DNA from: Nitrosopumilus sp.
Lineage (GTDB): Archaea; Thermoproteota; Nitrososphaeria; Nitrososphaerales; Nitrosopumilaceae
Length of the DNA stretch: 64,000 nucleotides
Reading direction: 5' to 3'
Assembly: GCA_965249555.1 (NCBI GenBank)
Contig: OZ252243.1
Coordinates: forward strand, 1,792,001 to 1,856,000
The translations under genes and the position numbers were made by a program. The notes under the pieces are model-generated. The model saw only the letters and a list, made by a program, of their open reading frames with translations. It searched no databases and was not told the DNA's origin. Every line of letters starts with the position of its first letter. Position 1 is the first letter of the stretch. Positions 1 to 9,900 of this stretch are shown here, piece after piece.

Positions 1-366
1 TAAACTAATTTCAAAAAATGAGTTTGTAGTTTCTCAAAAAATCCTTTTGTTATTAATTGGCGGTTCCTTCCCTGCTGGAATGTTTGCCATGCCTCATTTG
101 CCATCCTGGCTTTTTTTTATTAAAATTCTTTGAGCTTATTGATCAGGATGCTCTTTTATTTTTACATATACACAAAACAAAAAGGTCCGAAATACCTCCA
201 ATACCCTATTAATTCTTAAATGCTTTTTAGTCTTACATTATGTTATGCGAACAAGTAATCCCAAATATAGAAAGTACATGTATGCTTTAATGGGTGTGTG
301 TGCTGCAATTATACTATTAGTGAATATGTAATTTTAAACGGTCTTTGAATTTATTTAAAATTCCAT

Positions 367-621
367 TCAACTGTTGTATGCAATTAAGATATTTTCAGGT
401 CTGTGTGCAGATTTGATTAGTTGGGATGGAATCTCTTTCCAAATACCCCTCTGTTGCAATTCCTGGAATCGCAGATATGCAGTAGATTTTGAGCCGTATT
501 TCTCTGGCATGTCTGCCCACCTGCAACCCATAGTTAATACAAGCAATATTCCGTTGATTATTGTTCTGTCACTATTCCTTACTCTTCCAGTTTTGGCAGA
601 TGTGATGCAATTGTGCTCCAT
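367..621 (-). pseudogene. IS5-family transposase N-terminal fragment (DUF4096-like)
   Basis: DRTIINGILLVLTMGCRWADMPEKYGSKSTAYLRF motif typical of IS5/IS427 ORF-A; no DDE half follows. Confidence 0.8.
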
Positions 622-831
622 TGAGCATCTGACATTTCTTTATGAATCATGAAGACATGTCTGTGTTGTTGGATCCATATTATCATCAAATATTTACAAA
701 ATGATCAGTTTTAGGATGAGTTGGAAATCATCTAAGAAAATATTTGACAAAACTCCAATTATTATGTAATTACTATTTGTTTAACCAAAAACAATAATGA
801 CTGTTTAGGCATAAAATATTAGGATTTTAAA

Positions 832-1270
832 TTATTTTGTACTTTCCATTTTTTCAATGTTTGTAATAGCTTGCATGATGACATTGTAAATTGATTTTCC
901 GTAATTACTGTATTTTTGATACTTGAATATTTTTGTTACAACTGGTTTTACCGTAATTTTAAAACCATCAGAAGTTATATATTCTTGAATTTCTATTTTC
1001 TATTCTTCAAATTTTTGTTCTTCTCCTTTGTCTTGAGAAGTCCAAGGTTCGGCAGATGTACGTTTTAAACCATCAGGTACAATTACAGTAACTGCATTCA
1101 GGGTATCTAATACTTGATCTGAATAGCCTTCTGGAGTAAAATTAGGATTAAAAAAGATTTTTTTACTACTATTTCTTTAATCAAAGTTCCATCTCCGTGA
1201 ATGGTAAACCTACTGTAATCTTCTTTGAGTACAACAAAATCAGTTTCTTTAGAAATAACTTGTATAATTT
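832..1270 (-). pseudogene. Hypothetical protein downstream of hicAB with one internal TAG
   Basis: Manual translation ...DFVVLKEDYSRFTIHGDGTLIKE...KFEE*KIEIQEYITSDGFKITVKPVV...ESTK*; the frame continues past the stop; 5' boundary approximate. Confidence 0.6.
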
Positions 1271-1276
1271 ATCAAA

Positions 1277-1501
1277 TTAAAAATCCTGTATAAATTGTTC
1301 TCTACTAATTTCGGTTTGACTTAGAATTGCATTTAATGTACCTATATCAAGTTCAGAATGTAACGAAACAGTTGTTCGTCTTACATCGGAATGAATCATT
1401 CTTACATGACTTTCACCACTTTTTCGTCTTTTACCTTCAAAACCTTGTTTTGTTAAAAATTTAATCATCTCCTTACCTGAGACCATAGGCATTTGTGGCA
1501 C
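1277..1501 (-). CDS. hicA: HicA-family mRNA interferase toxin
   Basis: 74 aa; SGKEMIKFLTKQGF, GESHVRM, H..LDIGTLNAIL motifs. Confidence 0.85.
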   Translation of the reverse strand: MPQMPMVSGKEMIKFLTKQGFEGKRRKSGESHVRMIHSDVRRTTVSLHSELDIGTLNAILSQTEISREQFIQDF

Positions 1502-1779
1502 TAGAAGGATTTTTTTATTGTGACATTAAATTCTTTAGGTTCATCATTACTATCTACTTCTAATGCAGTTTCAATGGCATCAATAATATTTAATTCAAGT
1601 TTTTTCAAAGTTTTACTTTGAGTTACAATACCGATCTCATTATTTTTTGCAACAAAAAATCCATCGTGTCCTTTCTCCACAATTACTATAAAATTATCTC
1701 GTTTTGATACAGCTGTTCGTGAATAAATTCCAGATTTTAATTTATTTGATTCAGACATTGGTGATGACATATTTTTCAC
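1501..1779 (-). CDS. hicB: HicB-like antitoxin
   Basis: IVEKGHDGFFVA...IVTQSKTLKKLELNIIDAI; abuts hicA. Confidence 0.75.
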   Translation of the reverse strand: MKNMSSPMSESNKLKSGIYSRTAVSKRDNFIVIVEKGHDGFFVAKNNEIGIVTQSKTLKKLELNIIDAIETALEVDSNDEPKEFNVTIKKSF

Positions 1780-1829
1780 TTATTCCTAATAAGGTCAACA
1801 TATGATTACCTAATATGTAAACGGATTCC

Positions 1830-1885
1830 GGCTCTGGCCAGTTCTGACCATTAACTATGCTAGATCACCAAAACTGACCAGAGCC
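1830..1885. mobile_element. 56-bp MITE-like remnant with 14-bp terminal inverted repeats
   Basis: GGCTCTGGCCAGTT ... AACTGACCAGAGCC; 1844-1885 resembles the reverse complement of the element ends at 5054 and 41712. Confidence 0.75.
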
Positions 1886-1936
1886 AATAATGAAAAATCA
1901 TACATTACAATTTTATTCATTATTACAAGCATCGGA

Positions 1937-2425
1937 ATGTCATTGGCAATAGTCAATGATATGGCAGTATCTGGTGATTTTATCGCATATGCTGCTGAAT
2001 CAAAAAATGTTTTCCCTGATGTTTCCAAGCAAATCATGCCTGATAATATGGGATACAGTCATTATGCCGATTTCAGATACACTGATTTGAATTATTATTC
2101 TGAGCTATGTAAAGATGAAAATAATGATTTGCAGGTTCCAACAATCAATCTGAGGGTCAATCCTACTTGGGACAAGTACACTTTTGGTTCACCGATTTCA
2201 GGTAGTGGTATTATTGCAGATGGTTCTGATTTTGCCATTTTAAAAATAACTGATATTGGTGGTAATAGTGTAGGTTATGAGCTTCGTGTAAACCTTGATG
2301 GAACATTTTGGATATTCATGGAGAGATCAGACATGTTTTATTATGATGCTCTTTATGGGAAATATGTTGTGACTGTCCAATATGGCAACCAATGTGTCAT
2401 GAAGACAATAACTTATCACAGATAA
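1937..2425 (+). CDS. Hypothetical secreted protein, N-terminus probably frameshifted
   Basis: 162-aa ORF; a signal-like segment KSYITILFIITSIG lies upstream in frame, but the ATG near 1890 is out of frame within an A run. Confidence 0.55.
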   Translation: MSLAIVNDMAVSGDFIAYAAESKNVFPDVSKQIMPDNMGYSHYADFRYTDLNYYSELCKDENNDLQVPTINLRVNPTWDKYTFGSPISGSGIIADGSDFAILKITDIGGNSVGYELRVNLDGTFWIFMERSDMFYYDALYGKYVVTVQYGNQCVMKTITYHR

Positions 2426-2637
2426 AATATTAGACGATTAGGTACACTACCAAATTCTTAGAGTAAACCCTTATGAAATTTGTGATAATTATTAGCTAAT
2501 CTGCTAACGAGTTGATATGTGTAATTTTACCGTATACATTGTAACGAGGAGCCGTCATTTTACGTCATAACATGATTGGTTTGGAAAACATTATGTCTCG
2601 TTCTAGAATTCAGATGTTTTTTCGTTTTCTTTTATAA

Positions 2638-4125
2638 CTATAATTTTAATTTGAATACTTGATAGTATTGATTTTCATATATTATATTATAGTGATCTTT
2701 TAACACATCAATATTTTCTGACCAAAACTTTGCAGCATTAGCAGAGTCTGAGTTAGGTTCTAATCCTAATATGACCCACTTGTTATGTTCCCACGGTTCT
2801 TTGAAAAATGATTCAGAAAGAAATGATTCTATTCCTTCATTATAATAAACTAAATCCACACCTGATGAAATCATAATTCTATGTGCCTGTGCTTTACCAG
2901 TAATTATCAAAATTTTTCCATCATCATAATTCTGATAAAGAAAATCAGATGTTTGTTTTGAAAATGGAGTTTGTTTGTAATTCCATCCACCATATGCATC
3001 AATATATGTCACTACCCCAAAAGTAGGACTGGTGATCTGAAACACAAACAAAGCAGTAACAATAATGCCTAAAACCAATTTCTTGCGGATTTTTTCTAAT
3101 CGTAACAATGCAATAGAGGCTAAAGCAATTGCAAGTGGCGCTAAAAATGTTGCAAATCGTGAGTTAAACCATGATAAATTCATCTCTCCTATGCCAATTA
3201 ACATGGTAAGCAAAGTAAACAAAACAGGCAGAGACATGAAAAAATAAATAAAAGTTGGAACTGTTTTTATTTTTTCTCGTAAATATGCAAAATATCCCCC
3301 TACTGCAAAAAGTAATAAGATAGGACCAAAAATCATAGTTGCAGCAGCCCCATAAACAAAGAGAACGTTTTGTGGTTGAAGATACAAAAAGGCCCTATGT
3401 GGTCTTTCTACAGCTTGTGATGATGCTGCATAAAACTCTGCATTTGCAAATTCAAGTGGATTATCAAAAGTTAATTGATGCCATCCAACCCAAAATAATA
3501 TTCCCGAAAATGAAATAAGTGAAATTAAAATTACGACAATTACTCTTTTATCTCTACTTTTTTTGATTGCAAAAATAATTGTAAATAATACTAGAACTGG
3601 AGCCAATACCCATGCTTCATACCTGCACAAGGTTGCAAGAGAAATAAAGATAGATGAAAGTAAAATATATTTAAAATTAATATCAAATCGTAATTGTATT
3701 AGAAATTTCTGTAAAAAATACACTGATGCTATAAAGAATAACAAGAATGGCGCTTCAGTCATAGCAGTAACTCCCAAGTACAACAAGTTTGGGTTTGATG
3801 CGTATAGTAACCCTCCAACTATTGCAATCCATGGTCTTTTAGTTTGAGTGAAAATAATTTTATAAATTAAAACAGATGTCAATGCATGTAGTGGTAAATT
3901 TACTAGTCCTGCAAGACCTGAGCTAAACAAGGAATCCACTAGAGAAAATGGTAACATCATAAGATGAGGCAATGGAAGCCAAACTGGTCCTAATTGTATT
4001 ATTTCCGGATTATTAGAGTCAACAAAACTTCTTGCCTTTTGTAAATGCGATACAGCATCTCCGTAGTATAACAAAGAATTCTCATCAATTAGAAATAATA
4101 TTCCAACTGTGGTAGTTTCCATCAA
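2638..4125 (-). CDS. GT-C membrane glycosyltransferase (PMT/ArnT-like)
   Basis: Polytopic; YYGDAVSHL, VWLPLPH, AMTE, CRYEAW motifs. Confidence 0.8.
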   Translation of the reverse strand: MMETTTVGILFLIDENSLLYYGDAVSHLQKARSFVDSNNPEIIQLGPVWLPLPHLMMLPFSLVDSLFSSGLAGLVNLPLHALTSVLIYKIIFTQTKRPWIAIVGGLLYASNPNLLYLGVTAMTEAPFLLFFIASVYFLQKFLIQLRFDINFKYILLSSIFISLATLCRYEAWVLAPVLVLFTIIFAIKKSRDKRVIVVILISLISFSGILFWVGWHQLTFDNPLEFANAEFYAASSQAVERPHRAFLYLQPQNVLFVYGAAATMIFGPILLLFAVGGYFAYLREKIKTVPTFIYFFMSLPVLFTLLTMLIGIGEMNLSWFNSRFATFLAPLAIALASIALLRLEKIRKKLVLGIIVTALFVFQITSPTFGVVTYIDAYGGWNYKQTPFSKQTSDFLYQNYDDGKILIITGKAQAHRIMISSGVDLVYYNEGIESFLSESFFKEPWEHNKWVILGLEPNSDSANAAKFWSENIDVLKDHYNIIYENQYYQVFKLKL

Positions 4126-4279
4126 AATGACAACAATGAAAATTATGCTCGAAACTTTTGCTGTATTTTGAAGAGTGGTTGACAGTTACTAGTTCACAAA
4201 TTTCTAATTTAATAATCTTTCATAGATAGTATGAAATAGGATTATTTTAGAATCCATTTAGATAATAATTGACAGAAAA

Positions 4280-4522
4280 TCATAGTTTCCTTAATAATGT
4301 GGATCTGGGTTTGTCCGGCTCTATGTCTTCATGCATGTCCACGTTGCTGACAACCCTTGCCTTGTAGCTTAGCCATCTGTTTTGCATGTTGCGAAACTTA
4401 TGATTCCCATCAATTGGTTTTTCTGTCTCTTCAAATTTCTCACAATTCATAATGTATTTTCCAGAAACCCTAAACATCTCTGCAACACCTTTTCCTAGTG
4501 TCTCATCATCCAAATAATTCAT
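4280..4522 (-). pseudogene. C-terminal fragment of a class I SAM methyltransferase
   Basis: EMFRVSGKYIMNCE motif; the SAM-binding N-terminus is replaced by ilvE sequence. Confidence 0.55.
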
Positions 4523-5053
4523 CAGCCCACCCTTCCATTTCCAATCTTTACCTTGTCTATCTGAGTCACTGATTTTACCTCTGCAGCTGTTCCTGTCATG
4601 AATATATCATCTGCATTGTAAAGATCATCTCGTTCCAGACTGCTCTCAACAACAAAACCGCCGTTCTTCTCAATAATTTGAATAATACTGTCCTTGGTAA
4701 TTCCTGCCAATCCTCCTGCTGAAAGTGGAGGGGTTTGAATAATGTCATCTTTGACAATGAAAATATTCTCTGCACTGCCTTCTGCAACTTTGCCGTGATA
4801 ATTTAACATGATAGCCTCGTCGTATCCATTTTCTAGCGCTTCCATTCTTGCAAGAGCCGCATTTGCATAGTTTGATGCTGCTTGCACTGTTTTTATAATT
4901 GCATCAGTAATTGTTTCCTTTGAGAATTGCATCTTCATTGAGTATAATTTTGCAGATTTAAAAAATCTGTCAACATGTTCTGGCAGTCTAAAAATCGCCT
5001 ATCCCTTCAAAGTATTATAGCATCTGATCCCTTCAAAAACTGATGTCGAATAG
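4522..5053 (-). pseudogene. ilvE: Branched-chain amino acid aminotransferase pseudogene
   Basis: YSTSVFEGIR, FRLPEHVDR, AEGSAENIF, LAGIT, TGTAAEV motifs; internal stop, internal deletion (IIKTV|QAASNY), both ends truncated. Confidence 0.85.
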
Positions 5054-5161
5054 GGCTCTGGTCAGTTCTGGTGATCTAGCATAGATAGTGGTCAGAAGTG
5101 ACAAATATGGATCTTCTCAAGATTGCCCGACCCCCTTGAAAAAACCCCTGGTCAGAAGTGA
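5054..5161. mobile_element. Transposon end with subterminal TGGTCAG repeats
   Basis: 83 bp (5054-5136) identical to 41712-41794; begins with the MITE inverted repeat; truncates ilvE. Confidence 0.7.
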
Positions 5162-5180
5162 TATAAAAAATTCTTGAATA

Positions 5181-6472
5181 CTCCCATACGAAATCGTCTC
5201 CAACCCTACTGAGGACACTTACTAGCGTGCTTTGCTGAATCAGGACATCTCAGATATGCCTTGCATCTTATACTTTTGCTGTGTCAGTTCATGATTTTGT
5301 GTACGATACACTTTCAGAATTTGTTAGCATGTACCCGGATTATTGCAAGCATCCGGTCTTGCAGCTGCCACCTTTGTTTTCTTCTCTTTGCAATTCTGAA
5401 ATAGAATGATTCCATTCTTTCATCAAATCGTACTGTAGTATTTGCAGCCTCTACCATTGCGTTACGTAACCATGCAGAACCCCTCTTTGTTATTCCGCCT
5501 CCTCGGTGCACATCTGCATTCCTGTGCGATGGCGCAAGTCCTGCATATGAGACTAGTTTTTCTGCTGATGCAAATCTGCTGATGTCAACTATCTCTGAAA
5601 TTATTGTCAATGCCGTGACATAGTTTATTCCAGGAATGGTCATTAGTAGTCTTGTTTTCTCATCCTCATTACTGCAATCTTTATCTCAATTGTGTTGATC
5701 TGTTTTTGCGTCATATCTATGGTATCAAGATATGCATCCATTGCCATTCTATCAGATTAATTTCATGCAACCATCGTACTCCTTTCTGCGAGAATGTCTT
5801 TGTTGTAGGCTGGGTGTAATCATATTTTGCAAGTATTGCATAAATCATGTTTTTGTGTCTTGAGACACTTCGCACGCGATTCAGTCTGGTTCTTACCAGA
5901 CTGTATAGTCTCTATAGTATTTTTCTGGTACGAATGAGCTGTACACCATGTCTGCTCTTAGCAAGTCTGCCAATACGTCTGAATCAAGTTTGTCGTTTTT
6001 GAGCTTTGCCTGTACAATTATCTTGGTCTTTGCAGGATGTGCAAGAATTGTATCAATTCCATGGTCCTCTAGTGTGTCATGTAGTCTGATCCAATAGTTT
6101 GCAGTTGATTCGCACACTGCCTGTATGTCATTGCCATATGTCTTTTTGACGTGTTTGATAAAACCCATTATTCCATTTGTGGTATTATCAAAGCTTGTCT
6201 GCTCTAGCTTCTCTCTGGATTCCCGTTTTATTGTTGCAACACATTTCTTCTTGTGAATATTAATTCCTATGCTGATCATACCATCACCTCCTTTTTGATC
6301 AAATTGCCTGATCTAGCGGAATACTCCCATTCACCATCTATGTGGTATTTTGTTTTCCGCTCACTTTGAGTTAGTCTGTCAAACGCCCTTGTACATGGCA
6401 ATATTCATTCAACTCTCAGGCCCAACAGTAGGTATACATCACAAGATATGAAAAAGATTTCGTATAACGTCT
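5181..6472 (-). mobile_element. IS110-family element, copy 1, frameshifted transposase
   Basis: ORFs 5893-6279 (RuvC-like, ESTA, KNDKLDS) and 5314-5643 (TIPGI, SYAGLAP); subterminal IR ATACGAAATC/GATTTCGTAT; CT at both ends; near-identical to 20956-22250. Confidence 0.92.
6310..6420 (-). ncRNA. Putative IS110 bridge RNA, copy 1
   Basis: Two stem/internal-loop/hairpin modules (GAGTT..AACTC and AGCGGAA..TTCCGCT); loops contain TTGACAG and TGAAT (match insertion flanks) and ATGGGAG (matches element end). Confidence 0.7.
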
Positions 6473-6589
6473 ATCAAGTCGAAATTTCCCAAAATATGTA
6501 CTGTATAGTTTTGGTGATCTGTATGGGGAAAGTTCAGCATGAAATTCAATTCAGAGAGAAGATTCACATCTCTATATTGTGCTAGGATC

Positions 6590-6763
6590 CCTTAACAGCA
6601 GTTGGCAAAGTCTGCATTGAGGGCTTTTTGCCAAAAGGGAGGGGGCATGGCAAAGCATCATGGAGTGAGCCCGGGCAAATTTTTACCATACGCCGAAGGT
6701 GGAATACAGAAACTAATTCATTTGATCCGTTGCAAGTGTATGGGGGTATGATGCCCAATCACC
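6590..6763 (+). mobile_element. Degenerate IS1595 right-end remnant
   Basis: Encodes IEGF...MAKHHGVSPGKFLPY, as in the 50022-50844 element; ends in TIR ...CCCAATCACC. Confidence 0.7.
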
Positions 6764-6951
6764 ATTTTTAGGCATTGGCATTCCACTGTGAAAAATACGA
6801 TCAAAATTATGAGATCCCTTGAATCTCATTTTACAAAACTTTACACATATGCATATCTGAGCTATGCCCAAATTACTCACGATTGCCAAATTACAAGCTT
6901 AAAAAATCAACCTTTAAACCTTTTATAACTACAAATTATTTTTGATACAAT

Positions 6952-9900
6952 GTGAATAAAATGTTATTTAATGCGTTAGTGGGGGGGGGGGTTGTCCTGT
7001 TTGCCATATCACTTCTTGCAAGTGCTGAGGCTCAAGCCCCAATTGCACCTGTCCCTCCTGTAATTGAAGAAGGAGAAATCTTTTCGACAAACATTGAGAT
7101 TACATGGGGTGTGGTGGATGGTGCCACATCATACACAGTGTACAGAAACGGCGCTAACCGAGGAACTACTACTGATACATCATTCATTGATTATGGTTTA
7201 ACTCCTAATACAGAGTACACTTTTCGTGTCGTAGCACACAATAGTGCAGGCCAGACAGCAAACTCTGCTTTTTTTAAAGTATCTACCACATCTGCACCGA
7301 CCTCTTTTAGTGCCCCAGCACCAACTTATGCAGATACTCAGACGGCAATCGAGGACGGCACTATTAGTATTGAAAAGAATAATTCCAGAGACGATCAAAT
7401 AGATATATCTTTTGTACCGAAACAAGTCGGTGTATATTCTATTGAATATGGTGCTTTCAATACTGAAACTGTTAGTGTTAGTAGTGGTCAGACAGATATA
7501 CGTAAAGTTGTACCCCCAATAACGATAGGTTATGGTTTTGATCAAGATATCATCATTTCCTTTAGAGAAGGAACATCTGATCTAGTTGAAGTTGCAAGGG
7601 CACATGTAACGACTGTACCTACACCAACTCCTACACCTAGAGTAACAGATGTCACTTCGACAAGTATAACGATTGAATGGGATGCAGTGGCTGGTGCCGG
7701 ATACGATATCTTTAGAAATGGCGTGGAACAAATAACTATCACTGGTTCATCATACCATGATGATGAATTAGATCCCGAAACAACTTACACTTATACTATC
7801 AGACCAAATTACATAAACAATACTGTTGGGCCCACTTCTGCTCCATTGGTTGTAACCACCTTGGAATTACCACCTGCTACTCCAGCACTTGTACTGGGAG
7901 AAGTCACTGACACAAGTATAGCACTTTCATGGGGTGCAGTGGATAATGCCGACAGTTACACTTTGACCAGAATTGTTGCAGGCGGTAATATAGTAGTGGT
8001 ATCCAGCAATGTATTGACTGCCATTGATACTGGCCTGGCTCCTGCAACTGATTACAAGTATGTCATTGTGGCAACAAATACTGCCGGGACAAGTACTCCT
8101 TCTGCAGAGTTTGCAGCATCTACAACTGCAGCACCAATTGATACTACACCACCAGTAATCACAGTAACTCCAGAAGAAATCACTCTTGAACTAAACTCAC
8201 CTGCACCAACACTTCTTACTGGAGTCGAAACTGATGATGGCTCTGCAATTACTATATCCGGAACTGTTGATGTTACCACAGTAAACGATTACACTATCAC
8301 TTATTCCTCAACTGATGGTACAAACCCAGCTGTTGATAAAACCAGAATATACAAAGTAACTGATACCATACCACCAGTAATCACAGTAACTCCAGAAGAA
8401 ATAACTCTTGAACTAAACTCACCTGCACCAACACTTCTTACTGGAGTCGAAACTGATGATGGCTCTGCAATTACTATATCCGGAACTGTTGATGTTACCA
8501 CAGTAAACGATTACACTATCACTTATTCCTCAACTGATGGTACAAACCCAGCTGTTGATAAAACCAGAATATACAAAGTAACTGATACCATACCACCAGT
8601 AATCACAGTAACTCCAGAAGAAATAACTCTTGAACTAAACTCACCTGCACCAACACTTCTTACTGGAGTCGAAACTGATGATGGCTCTGCAATTACTATA
8701 TCCGGAACTGTTGATGTTACCACAGTAAACGATTACACTATCACTTATTCCTCAACTGATGGTACAAACCCAGCTGTTGATAAAACCAGAATATACAAAG
8801 TAACTGCAGCACCTGTCCCAATCCAGTTAAATACCATACAAATTAATCAGAATGCTAACGTTATAGATATATCATTTGTACCGCTTCTTGCCGGTACATT
8901 TGATATTTCATATGCTGGTTCAACCCCACAACCACAAACTATCGATTCGGCCCAAACAGGTACCGCTTTAGAGTTTTCGGTAACCCTCGATTCTGGTTTT
9001 GCCGGCAATGTCTGCATTGAATTTGATGGTGATGAGATTTCTTGCAGTACAATTCGGATTGAACCTGACGAACCCACACTTGTTCTCGGAGACGTTACTC
9101 ATGATACCATAGGGTTCACATGGAACTCTGTAAATAATGGCCACAATTATATTCTGACCAGAGTTATTGAGGGTACTGATAAAATAGTGGTAGAAGGCAT
9201 CAATGTACTTGCTGGCACTGATGATAACTTGGAACCTGAAACCGAGTACACATATGTAATTTCAGTGAGCACACCTGATGGTGACTTCAATGATGAATAT
9301 AGTCCGTTTTCTGTAACTACACTTGCAGCACCTGCTACTGAAACGCCGGCAATAGAGGCAAACTCTTTTGAGGTTACCAATCCGATAGATACAAACGCAT
9401 TACTTGTAGAGTTTGTAGCCTTAAAGGCAGGCACATTTACGATTACGGCAGGTGCGTTGACTGACACTGTTGATGTAACAGATACAGATGTAACAGATGC
9501 AGCAGTGAAAAGTAAACAGATAACAGTCAACCCTGAATTTGATGGCGATGTAATCCTCTCATTTGACGATGCGACAGTTGCAAGCACACCTGCATCTCTA
9601 CTTGCAATCAGGGCAGGCTCTTTTAGTTATACTGGAGATGCTGCTGGAGATGTAACTGTATCCTTTGTTCCGTTAAGGGCAGGCACATTTACAGTTGAGG
9701 CAGGTGATGCCAGCGATGACATAGTTGTTGGTACTGGCGATATAGGTAACACTGTATCATCCGATCCGCTATCCCTTGGCAATGGTTTTGATAGTACTAT
9801 TCTCATTTTATTGAATAATCATGTATATCTAAGGCCATCAGTATTGACTCTACCTGGCATCCCGACACTTGAGGTAGAAACCCCTACTCATAACAGTGTA

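Noticed and set aside
832-1270. Amber recoding (pyrrolysine) of the in-frame TAG
   Set aside because: No pyl genes are seen, TAG is a normal stop in many genes here, and pseudogenes are common.
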